Positions 7,533-18,419 of a stretch of DNA of 24,910 nt are shown one piece after another (the stretch's first letter is position 1; every line of letters starts with the position of its first letter). Below the pieces are notes generated by a model. That model was not told where the DNA came from, made no database searches, and worked only from the letters and a program-made list of their open reading frames with translations. Origin of the DNA: Candidatus Sulfobium sp. (GTDB lineage Bacteria > Nitrospirota > Thermodesulfovibrionia > Thermodesulfovibrionales > UBA6898); assembly GCA_037380845.1 (NCBI GenBank), contig JARRRI010000065.1, positions 1 through 24,910 on the forward strand, read 5' to 3'. The position numbers and the translations under genes are program-made.

Positions 7533-8657
7533 TCAGAGGCCCAGTCGTTCGAAGAGCCTGACGATCACGGTGTTCGATACGAGCAATCCCTTTCCGCTCA
7601 GCCTGACGTGAGTCTCGTCCATCGTGAGGTATCCCTGATCGAACATTTCCCGGCATGCCGGGACGATATTAATTTTCCTTTCCATTGCTTCTTTTATGCC
7701 TATTCCCTCGCGCTTTCTCAAGCCGAGGAACAGGAATTCCTTTGATGCTTCGGCGCGGGAGACTACGTGCGGCTCTCCGGCGGGAATGCCCCCCGCTTCC
7801 ATGCATGAGATGTATTCTTCAATATTCCCGGTGTTTGCGCGGCGTTCCCCGTTGACAAGGGAATGCGCTCCTGCGCCGACGCCCACGTAGTCTCCCCTGT
7901 TCCAATAGTTGAGATTGTGGACGCATTGGCTGCCGGGAAGGGCAAAGTTTGAAATTTCATAATGATAGTAGCCTGCCGAGACGAGACAATCTATGGCGTA
8001 TTCGTACATTTCGACGATCGTATCTTCGTCGGGGAGTGTCACAGCACCTGAAGAGATAAGGTCGTAGAGAGGTGTTTTTTCTTCCGGTGTGAGTTCATAC
8101 GCGGAGACATGGGAGGGCGACAACTCAACTGCAGCCGACAGGGTTTCCATCCATGTCCCAGGTGTTTGACAAGGGATACCGTACATCAGGTCCAAAGAGA
8201 GGTCCGTCACGCCCCACCGCCGTAACAGTTCCGCAGAGCGTCTGGCCTCATCCGCCGAATGGATCCGGCCCAGAGCCCTTAATTCCTTGTCATGGAACGA
8301 CTGAACCCCCATGCTTATCCTGTTTGCACCCGCGGAAAGTATGGTGTGTATGAATGATTCGCTAAGTGTGCCGGGGTTGGCCTCGACCGTTATCTCAATG
8401 CCGGGAGAGAAGGAAAAGTTTTCTCTCAGACAATCAAACAGGCGCCTTAGAGACGATTCACTGAGAATGGAGGGCGTCCCACCACCGACATAAATCGCCT
8501 TGAGTGGTCCGATAGAGTTCTTTCTCAAGCTGATCTCCCTACGCAGTGAATCAATGTATCTCTCGGCGAGCGATTTTTCGTAAGGAACCGAAATAAAGTC
8601 GCAGTACAGACACTTCCTTACGCAAAACGGGATGTGTATGTAGAGAGATTCAGCCAT
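7533..8657 (-). CDS. hemW: Radical SAM heme chaperone HemW (HemN-like)
   Basis: LYIHIPFCVRKCLYCDF, YVGGGTPS, TVEANP, RISMGVQSF, DLMYGIP, YEISNFA, HNLNYW (HemW HNxxYW motif); lacks the HemN N-terminal extension. Confidence 0.92.
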   Translation of the reverse strand: MAESLYIHIPFCVRKCLYCDFISVPYEKSLAERYIDSLRREISLRKNSIGPLKAIYVGGGTPSILSESSLRRLFDCLRENFSFSPGIEITVEANPGTLSESFIHTILSAGANRISMGVQSFHDKELRALGRIHSADEARRSAELLRRWGVTDLSLDLMYGIPCQTPGTWMETLSAAVELSPSHVSAYELTPEEKTPLYDLISSGAVTLPDEDTIVEMYEYAIDCLVSAGYYHYEISNFALPGSQCVHNLNYWNRGDYVGVGAGAHSLVNGERRANTGNIEEYISCMEAGGIPAGEPHVVSRAEASKEFLFLGLRKREGIGIKEAMERKINIVPACREMFDQGYLTMDETHVRLSGKGLLVSNTVIVRLFERLGL

Positions 8658-8793
8658 AGACTATTTTAACCCTTCATCTGAATAATTTCCCGAACAAACA
8701 GCCCCGAATGCCTGACCTGGATGGCCGTTAAGTCTCCCTGACAATCCTGGTGCAGGAAGTCACTCAACTTTGAGGCCAGTGCTTTCCTTTTTT

Positions 8794-8823
8794 CGTATGC
8801 CCGAGGTCTTAATCGGGCATCCA
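8794..8823. repeat. Single dRS3/REP-like palindromic unit
   Basis: CGTATGCCCGAGGTCTTAATCGGGCATCCA; compensatory stem change ATGCCC/GGGCAT relative to ATTCCC/GGGAAT. Confidence 0.7.
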
Positions 8824-8845
8824 TCCCGTCTGAAAGATGTCGTGT

Positions 8846-8875
8846 TTGACAATCACTTCATGGGGTTCATATGAT
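8846..8875 (+). promoter_or_regulatory. Sigma70-type promoter for mazG, probably leaderless
   Basis: TTGACA 8846-8851, 18-nt spacer, TATGAT 8870-8875, then 6 nt before ATG 8882. Confidence 0.6.
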
Positions 8876-8881
8876 AAGAAC

Positions 8882-9652
8882 ATGGATATGGATTTTAACG
8901 CTCTGCTTGAGATAATGTCGGCTCTGAGAGGGGATAAAGGGTGTCCCTGGGACAGGGAACAGACGAGAGAGTCGCTTAAGCCTTTTATAGTTGAAGAGGC
9001 ATATGAAGTCCTGGAGGCGATTGACGAGAAGGACAGCGAGGCGATTAAAGAGGAACTCGGAGACCTGTTGTTTCAGATTGTTTTTCAGTGCCAGGTGGCA
9101 AAGGAGAAGGGCGAGTTTGACATATCCGGCGTGATCGAAAAGATCGGCTCGAAGATGATTGCCAGGCATCCCCACGTATTCGGCGAGGCGGATTATAAGA
9201 CCTCTGCCGAGGTGCTTGTCCATTGGGAGGCCCAGAAGAAGAAGGAAGGCAAGATGAGGGAGTCTGTGCTGGAAGGTGTTCCAAAGACGCTTCCATCACT
9301 CTTGAGAGCACACCGCTTACAGGATAGGGCATCACGGGTGGGTTTCGACTGGGAGAAGGTGGAGGATGTCATCACCAAACTCGAAGAAGAGCTGGAAGAA
9401 TTCAGGGCGGCGCTCCGGGCTAAAAAGCAGGAAGAGATAGAAGATGAACTGGGGGATATCTTCTTTGCGCTGGTTAATATTTCGCGGTTTGTGGGCATCA
9501 ATCCGGAGGACGCCCTGAGGAAGACGATCAGTAAATTCATCTCGCGGTTCAGGCACATCGAAATGGCCGCAGCGGAACAGGGCAGGAACCTTTCAGACAT
9601 GACCCTTGCCGAGATGGACGCCATATGGGACGAAGCGAAGAAGAAAAAGTAG
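8882..9652 (+). CDS. mazG: Nucleoside triphosphate pyrophosphohydrolase MazG
   Basis: GCPWDREQT, EEAYEV, EELGDLLFQ, RHPHVFG, GFDW, DELGDIFF (two MazG domains). Start is ATG 8882 or 8888. Confidence 0.96.
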   Translation: MDMDFNALLEIMSALRGDKGCPWDREQTRESLKPFIVEEAYEVLEAIDEKDSEAIKEELGDLLFQIVFQCQVAKEKGEFDISGVIEKIGSKMIARHPHVFGEADYKTSAEVLVHWEAQKKKEGKMRESVLEGVPKTLPSLLRAHRLQDRASRVGFDWEKVEDVITKLEEELEEFRAALRAKKQEEIEDELGDIFFALVNISRFVGINPEDALRKTISKFISRFRHIEMAAAEQGRNLSDMTLAEMDAIWDEAKKKK

Positions 9653-9750
9653 GGATGGGGGGTGGCGTGCCTTCTCACGGGTGTTAAACCTTTCATAGAC
9701 ACTGAAATTCGACTGGAAAATTCTCTTCCCGCCTGTAGTAAAATTACCTC

Positions 9751-11124
9751 GTGAGACGCATTCTCCATATTGACATGGACGCCTTTTTTGCTGCAGTGGA
9801 ACAGAAGAGACATCCCGAACTTGTCGGCAAGCCCGTCGTCATCGGTGGCAGCGGCGATCCTCATGCCAGAGGAGTTGTGTCGACCGCCTCATATGAGGCC
9901 AGGAAGTTTGGCATACATTCCGCAATGCCCTTGAGGACCGCGTACAAACTCTGTCCGGAGGCGATTTTTCTTCCCGTGGATTACCGGGAATATTCCCGGG
10001 TGTCGGCTGTCATCAAGGATATCCTGAGGGAATTTTCTTCAGTTATGGAAGACGTCGGGATCGATGAGGCATTTCTGGACGTATCCGGAATCGACGGTAC
10101 CCCGGAGGAAATCTCGCGGGTAATAAAGAGGAAGATAAGGGAGAAGACGGACCTCAGTTGTTCCATCGGTATTGCTCCGAACAAGCTTCTCGCAAAGATT
10201 GCCTCGGACATGGAAAAGCCCGACGGTCTCACCGTTATAAGAGAAGAAGATATAGAGAAGCGCATCTGGCCTCTTTCGGCAAGAAAACTTTGGGGTGTCG
10301 GGCCGAAGACAGAAGCTTACCTGAAGGAAGCAGGGATAAACACTATAGGACAGCTGGCCGCAGTTCCTTTGGAAAAGTTGATCGAGTTTTTCGGAGAGTC
10401 TTACGGACATTATCTCTTTGACGCCTCAAGGGGACGCGACGACAGTCCCCTCGTTACTCAATGGGAACCGAAATCTACCAGCAGGGAGACGACCTTTCAG
10501 AGCGATACCGACAACTGGCAGTTCCTTGCAAAAAATCTCGCCGCTCTTGTGCGTGAAGTTTCAGACGACCTGAAGAAGACCGGATACAGCGGCCGGACGG
10601 TCACGGTAAAGATAAGGTTCAATGATTTCAAAACGCACACCAGGGCGAAGACTCTTGGGGAGGCGACCGATTCAACGGAAGAGATAAGGAGGGCCGCCTT
10701 CGATTGCCTGGGCAGGATCGATCTCAAAAAGAGAGTCAGGCTTATAGGGGTGAGGGTCGGCAATCTCCAAAAAAAAATTGAAAAGGGCGATACGATCGAC
10801 GACCTGATGTACATGGCCAGAAAGATAGCCAACCTGAGGATTTTCGAAGACGGCAGCGGCAGGATGAACATGTCCGTGAAAGACGCCGGGGGAGAGGTCC
10901 TCGCTGTTTCCCAGTTTACGCTGGCTGCCAACTGCCGGAAAGGCAACAGGCTGTCTTTTGACAATGCCGAGGATCCCGAGAAGGCCAGGGAGATGTACAT
11001 CAGACTGGTAGGGCTTTTGCGTGAAGAAGGTCTCCGGGTGGCCACAGGCGAATTCGCCGCACACATGGACATATATCTGATTAACGACGGACCGGTCACC
11101 ATCGTCCTCGATTCACGGCGCTAG
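9751..11124 (+). CDS. dinB: DNA polymerase IV (about aa 1-342) fused in frame to an N-terminally truncated D-aminoacyl-tRNA deacylase
   Basis: [53 protein letters not shown], little-finger end VRLIGV; Dtd sequence follows. Confidence 0.93.
   Translation: MRRILHIDMDAFFAAVEQKRHPELVGKPVVIGGSGDPHARGVVSTASYEARKFGIHSAMPLRTAYKLCPEAIFLPVDYREYSRVSAVIKDILREFSSVMEDVGIDEAFLDVSGIDGTPEEISRVIKRKIREKTDLSCSIGIAPNKLLAKIASDMEKPDGLTVIREEDIEKRIWPLSARKLWGVGPKTEAYLKEAGINTIGQLAAVPLEKLIEFFGESYGHYLFDASRGRDDSPLVTQWEPKSTSRETTFQSDTDNWQFLAKNLAALVREVSDDLKKTGYSGRTVTVKIRFNDFKTHTRAKTLGEATDSTEEIRRAAFDCLGRIDLKKRVRLIGVRVGNLQKKIEKGDTIDDLMYMARKIANLRIFEDGSGRMNMSVKDAGGEVLAVSQFTLAANCRKGNRLSFDNAEDPEKAREMYIRLVGLLREEGLRVATGEFAAHMDIYLINDGPVTIVLDSRR
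10777..11124 (+). pseudogene. dtd: D-aminoacyl-tRNA deacylase moiety lacking roughly its first 30 residues
   Basis: IEKGDT...[38 protein letters not shown]. No MRAVxQRV-type N-terminus found in any frame upstream. Confidence 0.85.
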
Positions 11125-11268
11125 GATTCGTCATCAAAAAGGGCATTTGCCAGGCTGGGGAACGGGCGGGCCGGTATACAGCCGGCATGCAATTATACCG
11201 ATTGACCGGCCTTTTTGACGCTGTTATCTGTGTTATAATTTAGGTTACATGATACGGAGGTGTGAGGA

Positions 11269-12153
11269 GTGAAGGAAGGTGCCGTAAAGAAAGGGATTTT
11301 TCCTGCTGCGGGTCTCGGGACGCGATTCCTGCCTGCAACCAAGGCCTCTCCGAAGGAGATGCTGCCGATCGTGGACAAGCCGATGATACAGTACGGCATA
11401 GAAGAGGCGATAGCATGCGATATCAAGGAAATTGTGATCATTACCGGCAAGAATAAACGCGCCATTGAGGACCATTTTGATTACGCATTCGAACTGGAAC
11501 ACAAACTGAAGAAGAGCGGCAAGAAGAAACTGATAGAAGAGATCAACGGGCTTATGAACAGGATCAATATCGCCTACATCCGGCAGGGGTATGCCCTCGG
11601 CCTTGGACATGCGATTTTTTGTGCCAGACCCTTTGTGAAGAACGAACCTTTCGCGGTTATCCTCAGTGATGACATCATCGATCCCGAGGAGCGCCTTCTG
11701 GCCGACATGATCAGACTGTACGAGGAACTGAAAAGTCCCATCCTCGCGCTGGAGCAGGTCCCTGCGGCCGATATCCACAGGTATGGTGTCATAGACGGGG
11801 TGTCTGAAGGTGACGGGGTTTACAGAATACAAGACCTCGTGGAAAAACCCGAGGCGGAGAGCGCACCCTCCGACATGGCTATAATAGGACGTTACATACT
11901 CACCCCGGATATATTCGGCGTTCTTCAAAAATCCCGGCCCGGAAGGGGAGGGGAGATACAGCTGACCGACGCCATACGCACGCTGCTTAAAACACAGCCG
12001 GTCTATGGCTTCCTCTTCAGAGGAAAGAGGTATGATGCGGGAGATAAGTTCGGTTATCTGAAGGCAACGGTTGATTTCGCATTGAAGAACGCGGAACTCT
12101 CCGATCAATTCAAGTCTTACATCAAGGAAGTTTCAAGCAGGCTGAAATCCTAG
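11269..12153 (+). CDS. galU: UTP-glucose-1-phosphate uridylyltransferase
   Basis: PAAGLGTRFLPATKASPKEMLPIVDKP, IEDHFD, GLGHA, VEKP, GEIQLTDAI. GTG start; TGnTATAAT at 11231-11239. Confidence 0.96.
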   Translation: MKEGAVKKGIFPAAGLGTRFLPATKASPKEMLPIVDKPMIQYGIEEAIACDIKEIVIITGKNKRAIEDHFDYAFELEHKLKKSGKKKLIEEINGLMNRINIAYIRQGYALGLGHAIFCARPFVKNEPFAVILSDDIIDPEERLLADMIRLYEELKSPILALEQVPAADIHRYGVIDGVSEGDGVYRIQDLVEKPEAESAPSDMAIIGRYILTPDIFGVLQKSRPGRGGEIQLTDAIRTLLKTQPVYGFLFRGKRYDAGDKFGYLKATVDFALKNAELSDQFKSYIKEVSSRLKS

Positions 12154-12254
12154 GGCCTCTTTTGTTGCCGCGGAATAAGAAATATGATTAAATTTGGTAA
12201 AGGACATTCGATCAGAGCAGCAGAATACAAAAACGGAAAGAATGAGGGTACAGG

Positions 12255-14648
<2,394 letters not shown>

Positions 14649-14664
14649 TGCAGCGGCGAACGTA

Positions 14665-15651
14665 ATGAAGCTGGCTGAAGCGGGCGAACTCTCTCTCGTA
14701 GAAAAGATCAGGCAGAAATTCAACAGGAGATTCCCCGATGTCATCTGCGGCATTGGGGACGATTCCGCTGTCGTGAGGCCCTCGCGGAAGAACATGCTTC
14801 TCACGACGGACATGATGGTGGAAAGGGTGCATTTTGACCTGGCATGGACGACCCCCTTCCAACTCGGCTTCAAACTCATCTCTGTGAATGTCAGCGACAT
14901 CTATGCCATGGGAGGCAGTCCGAGGTTCGCCCTCATCAATTTCGCAGCACCCGGAGACGCCGGCACCGAAATGTTCAAGCGCGTATTTGACGGCATCGAA
15001 CGTGCCGCACGGATTTATGACGTGGCCGTCATTGGGGGAGACGTGTCATCGTCCGAAAATGTTGTCCTTTCCGCCTCGATGGTCGGTTACGCGTCCCGAG
15101 TCCTTACGCGTGGAGGCGCGCGAACTGGTGACGGAATATATGTGAGCGGTCCCCTCGGAGATGCGGCTTGCGGCCTTGAACTGATGAAGAGAGTTGGAAG
15201 GCCGGTGGAAATAGAAAAGGGGAAGAAAGCGGACTTCGGCCTGGAATGGAGGGTTGTATCTCCCCTCATCAGCCGTCATCTTATGCCGCGGGCGACGGGC
15301 CCTGAGAAATTTGCCCGCCGCGCCACTGCCATGCTGGATGTCAGCGACGGTCTGCTCATGGATTTGTCGAGGCTGTGCAGGGAAAGCGGGGTCGGAGCGG
15401 TGATAGAGACTCAGAATATACCGATATCCGGGGAACTCCGGAGAGCGGCGGCTCATATGAAGATCTCGGCGGTCGAGATGGCTATGGGGGGCGGCGAGGA
15501 TTACCGCCTGCTCTTCACCGCTCCTGAAGGCGCCGGGGGCGATGCCTTTCATATAGGAAGAATTGGCGGCAGGGGACTGAGGGCAGTCGATGAAGAAGGA
15601 AGAATGCACAGGTTGGAGATAAAAGGATATCAACACTTTGCATCGGCTTAA
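14665..15651 (+). CDS. thiL: Thiamine-monophosphate kinase
   Basis: GIGDDSA, TTDMMVERVHF, NVSDIYAMGG, GGD, DVSDGL, GGEDYRLLFT, GYQHF. Confidence 0.95.
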   Translation: MKLAEAGELSLVEKIRQKFNRRFPDVICGIGDDSAVVRPSRKNMLLTTDMMVERVHFDLAWTTPFQLGFKLISVNVSDIYAMGGSPRFALINFAAPGDAGTEMFKRVFDGIERAARIYDVAVIGGDVSSSENVVLSASMVGYASRVLTRGGARTGDGIYVSGPLGDAACGLELMKRVGRPVEIEKGKKADFGLEWRVVSPLISRHLMPRATGPEKFARRATAMLDVSDGLLMDLSRLCRESGVGAVIETQNIPISGELRRAAAHMKISAVEMAMGGGEDYRLLFTAPEGAGGDAFHIGRIGGRGLRAVDEEGRMHRLEIKGYQHFASA

Positions 15652-16069
15652 AGCGGGTCTGAGACAAATCCTGGCGGTCCGGGAGCCTCCGCGCAGGATA
15701 GCAACGGCTTTTGCACTCGGGGTTTTCATCGGCATGTCTCCTTTCCTGGGCATTCACACCGTCCTGGGCCTTGCCCTTGCCTGGCAGTTTAAACTGAACA
15801 AGTTCGTTACTCTTATAGGCGTGTATGTGACGAACCCGTGGACGATAGTCCCGATCTATTCATTCGGGACCTGGGTGGGTGCAAAGGTCATGGGACTGGA
15901 GAATATCATCCCTGCGGTAGACTGGTCACACATAACTTTTCTCGGCTTCATCGAAAACTTTCGGCCTCTTCTTATGCCCTTTGTTGTGGGCAGTCTGCTC
16001 GTCGGGTCAGTAGCCGCAGTTATCAGCTACATGACGATTTACAGGGTGGTCAGGAAGAACCGTGGGTAA
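15638..16069 (+). CDS. DUF2062-family membrane protein
   Basis: PRRIATAFALGVFIGMSPFLGIHT, NPWTIVPIY, hydrophobic segments; TTG start overlaps thiL and has SD AAGGA. Confidence 0.85.
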   Translation: MHRLKAGLRQILAVREPPRRIATAFALGVFIGMSPFLGIHTVLGLALAWQFKLNKFVTLIGVYVTNPWTIVPIYSFGTWVGAKVMGLENIIPAVDWSHITFLGFIENFRPLLMPFVVGSLLVGSVAAVISYMTIYRVVRKNRG

Positions 16070-17333
16070 GGTCCATCTGCTGAGTCTGGGCTGCCCGAAG
16101 AACCTCGTTGATTCCGGGCATCTTCTGGAAAAATTGCGCTGCAGGGGACTCTGTTACTCCTCTGATCCGGATGAAGCGGACATCATCATGGTGAACACTT
16201 GCGGTTTCATCGAAGACGCAAAACGGGAATCGATAGAAGAGATACTGAGGCTGGCGAAGTTCAGCGGGAAGGAAGGGCGCAAGCTTGTCGTATTCGGTTG
16301 CCTGGCAAAGAGATACGGGGAGGAACTGGCAAGGGAGATACCCGAGATTGACGCCCTCTGGGGCGTGGACGAGGCCGACGAGATTGTCGAGTATTGCTCC
16401 AGGAATGTCAGGGGCAGGGCGGGAAGAGGCGAAAGCTTTACCGATAGCGCATATGCCTACCTGAAAATAGCGGAGGGATGCGACAGGCGCTGTTCTTACT
16501 GTGTAATCCCGAAGATAAGAGGAGCATGCAGGAGCAGGAAGCCCCAGGATGTCATCCGTGAGGCCAAAGCCCTTATCGGGGCCGGCAGGAAAGAACTGAT
16601 AATGATCGCGCAGGATGTGACATCCTATGGGAAGGATCTTAAGGGATACGATTTGAGCAGGCTGATAAAAGAAGTATCTTCTATCGATGGTGACTTCCGT
16701 ATAAGGCTTCTTTACCTCTATCCGAGCGCTGTTGATGAGAGACTTCTTGAAACGATAGCGTCGGAAGAGAAGGTATGCAAGTATGTCGATGTGCCGCTCC
16801 AGCACTCCGAGAGAAAAATATTGAAGTTGATGGGGCGGGGGGGAAGCAGGAGTTATTACGAAAAACTGATTTCGCGGATACGTGAAGTCATACCGGACGT
16901 GAGCATACGAACTTCCCTGATTGTTGGTTTTCCCCAGGAGACGGAGGAGGATTTTGAGGGGTTGTTGAAATTCATCGGGAAGATGAAATTCGACAGACTC
17001 GGGGCATTTAAATATTCACGGGAAGAGGGCACTGCTGCATATGCATTGAAGGGACAGGTCCCCCTGCGCGTGAAGGAAGAAAGATACAGGAGGGTGATGG
17101 AGTTGCAGTCGGAGATTTCGGCTGACCTAAACGAGAAACTTGTGGGACGTACCTTCCGGGCTATCATAGATGAGGTCGATGAGAATGTTGCCGTGGCGAG
17201 GACCTGTTCCCAGGCGCCGGAGATAGACGGAGTGGTGTTTATAGAAGACCCGAAACTGGAGAAAGGCACGTTTGTGAACGTGGAGATTACGGGGGCATAC
17301 GATTATGATCTGAAGGGTGCTGTGATCAGATGA
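16062..17333 (+). CDS. rimO: Ribosomal protein S12 methylthiotransferase
   Basis: SLGCPKNLVDS, NTCGFI, AYLKIAEGCDRRCSYC, RLLYLYP, APEIDG, C-terminal TRAM domain ending YDL. Confidence 0.95.
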   Translation: MGKVHLLSLGCPKNLVDSGHLLEKLRCRGLCYSSDPDEADIIMVNTCGFIEDAKRESIEEILRLAKFSGKEGRKLVVFGCLAKRYGEELAREIPEIDALWGVDEADEIVEYCSRNVRGRAGRGESFTDSAYAYLKIAEGCDRRCSYCVIPKIRGACRSRKPQDVIREAKALIGAGRKELIMIAQDVTSYGKDLKGYDLSRLIKEVSSIDGDFRIRLLYLYPSAVDERLLETIASEEKVCKYVDVPLQHSERKILKLMGRGGSRSYYEKLISRIREVIPDVSIRTSLIVGFPQETEEDFEGLLKFIGKMKFDRLGAFKYSREEGTAAYALKGQVPLRVKEERYRRVMELQSEISADLNEKLVGRTFRAIIDEVDENVAVARTCSQAPEIDGVVFIEDPKLEKGTFVNVEITGAYDYDLKGAVIR

Positions 17334-18160
17334 GGAGAGTACCTTATCTGAACATAATCCTTTTTGTTCTGACCTTCTTGTCTACCCTGACTGTGGGGGC
17401 CCTGGAGGAGGGTGTAAATATAATAAAGGAGCCCTTGCAGATATACAGGGGATTTCCTTTTGCAGCTACTCTGCTGGGAATCCTTCTGGCCCATGAACTG
17501 TCTCATTACCTTTCTTCCAGGAAACACAGGGTGGATGCGACCCTGCCCTATTTTATACCCGCGCCTACACTGTTCGGGACCTTTGGCGCGTTCATTAAGA
17601 TGAAATCCCCTATAGCCACAAGGAACGCACTGATGGACATCGGGGCCTCCGGCCCCATCGCCGGCTTTGTACTATCAGTGGTTGCGACTGTTGTCGGGTT
17701 ATTCTTTTCAGGGATTGCCCCCGCCGGCAGCGCCGGCGGTATTAAATTGGGTGATTCCCTGTTGTTTGCGGGGCTGTCGAAATTGATAGTCGGTTCCGTG
17801 CCCGCCAATTATGACGTTGTCCTGAGTCCCGTAGCCTTTGCGGGCTGGATAGGTTTCTTTGTCACATCTCTGAATCTCATCCCGGTGGGTCAGCTTGACG
17901 GGGGCCACATTGTCTATGCGCTTCTGGGAGAGCGCCACGCGAAGCTTTCCAAGATCCTGATCGGTGTGCTGGTGCTCCTCGGTTTTTTTGTATGGGAGGG
18001 CTGGATGGTATGGGCCGTCCTTCTCATCATCCTCGGGTTCAGACATCCCCCCATCATGTACTCGACCATACCGCTCGATCCGAAACGGAGGCTTATAGGC
18101 TGGGCGGCACTTGCCATCTTTGTGCTTACGTTTACCCCTGTACCGGTAATGATTGTCTGA
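17330..18160 (+). CDS. Site-2 protease (peptidase M50) membrane metalloprotease
   Basis: HELSH zinc motif, TLPYFIP, GTFGAFI, SGPIAG, NLIPVGQLDGGHI; ATGA overlap with rimO. Confidence 0.93.
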   Translation: MRRVPYLNIILFVLTFLSTLTVGALEEGVNIIKEPLQIYRGFPFAATLLGILLAHELSHYLSSRKHRVDATLPYFIPAPTLFGTFGAFIKMKSPIATRNALMDIGASGPIAGFVLSVVATVVGLFFSGIAPAGSAGGIKLGDSLLFAGLSKLIVGSVPANYDVVLSPVAFAGWIGFFVTSLNLIPVGQLDGGHIVYALLGERHAKLSKILIGVLVLLGFFVWEGWMVWAVLLIILGFRHPPIMYSTIPLDPKRRLIGWAALAIFVLTFTPVPVMIV

Positions 18161-18197
18161 GTTGAGGGTGAGGAGGCATCCAGTCTGTTTGAAAACT

Positions 18198-18228
18198 TGG
18201 ATTCCCGATTGCTGCCTCGGGAATGACG
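18198..18228. repeat. dRS3/REP-like palindromic unit
   Basis: TGGATTCCCGATTGCTGCCTCGGGAATGACG; remnant of a partner arm (GGCATCCA) at 18175-18182. Confidence 0.8.
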
Positions 18229-18382
18229 AACGTGAAAGACAGGTCTTTTATTTAACGTTAGGGTAAAGCCGAAATGTTGAGTAAGACAGAAAAGAACGCT
18301 TTGCGCCCCTGCATTAGGGGGAATCTTGGTTGGGCGCTCCGCTGTGTCCGCTGAAATTTATTGGAATTATGAGGATCAGAAG

Positions 18383-18409
18383 AAAAGGGGAGGGAGTCCC
18401 CTCCCCCTC
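18383..18409 (-). terminator. Rho-independent terminator of the outer-membrane protein gene
   Basis: Minus strand GGGGAGGG-gact-CCCTCCCC followed by TTTTCTT, about 10 nt after the stop. Confidence 0.75.
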
Positions 18410-18419
18410 GATAAAAGTC

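Noticed and set aside
8882..11124. mazG-dinB as a defence or toxin-antitoxin module
   Set aside because: MazG is the ordinary two-domain housekeeping type, no mazEF or defence genes are adjacent, and each gene has its own apparent promoter.
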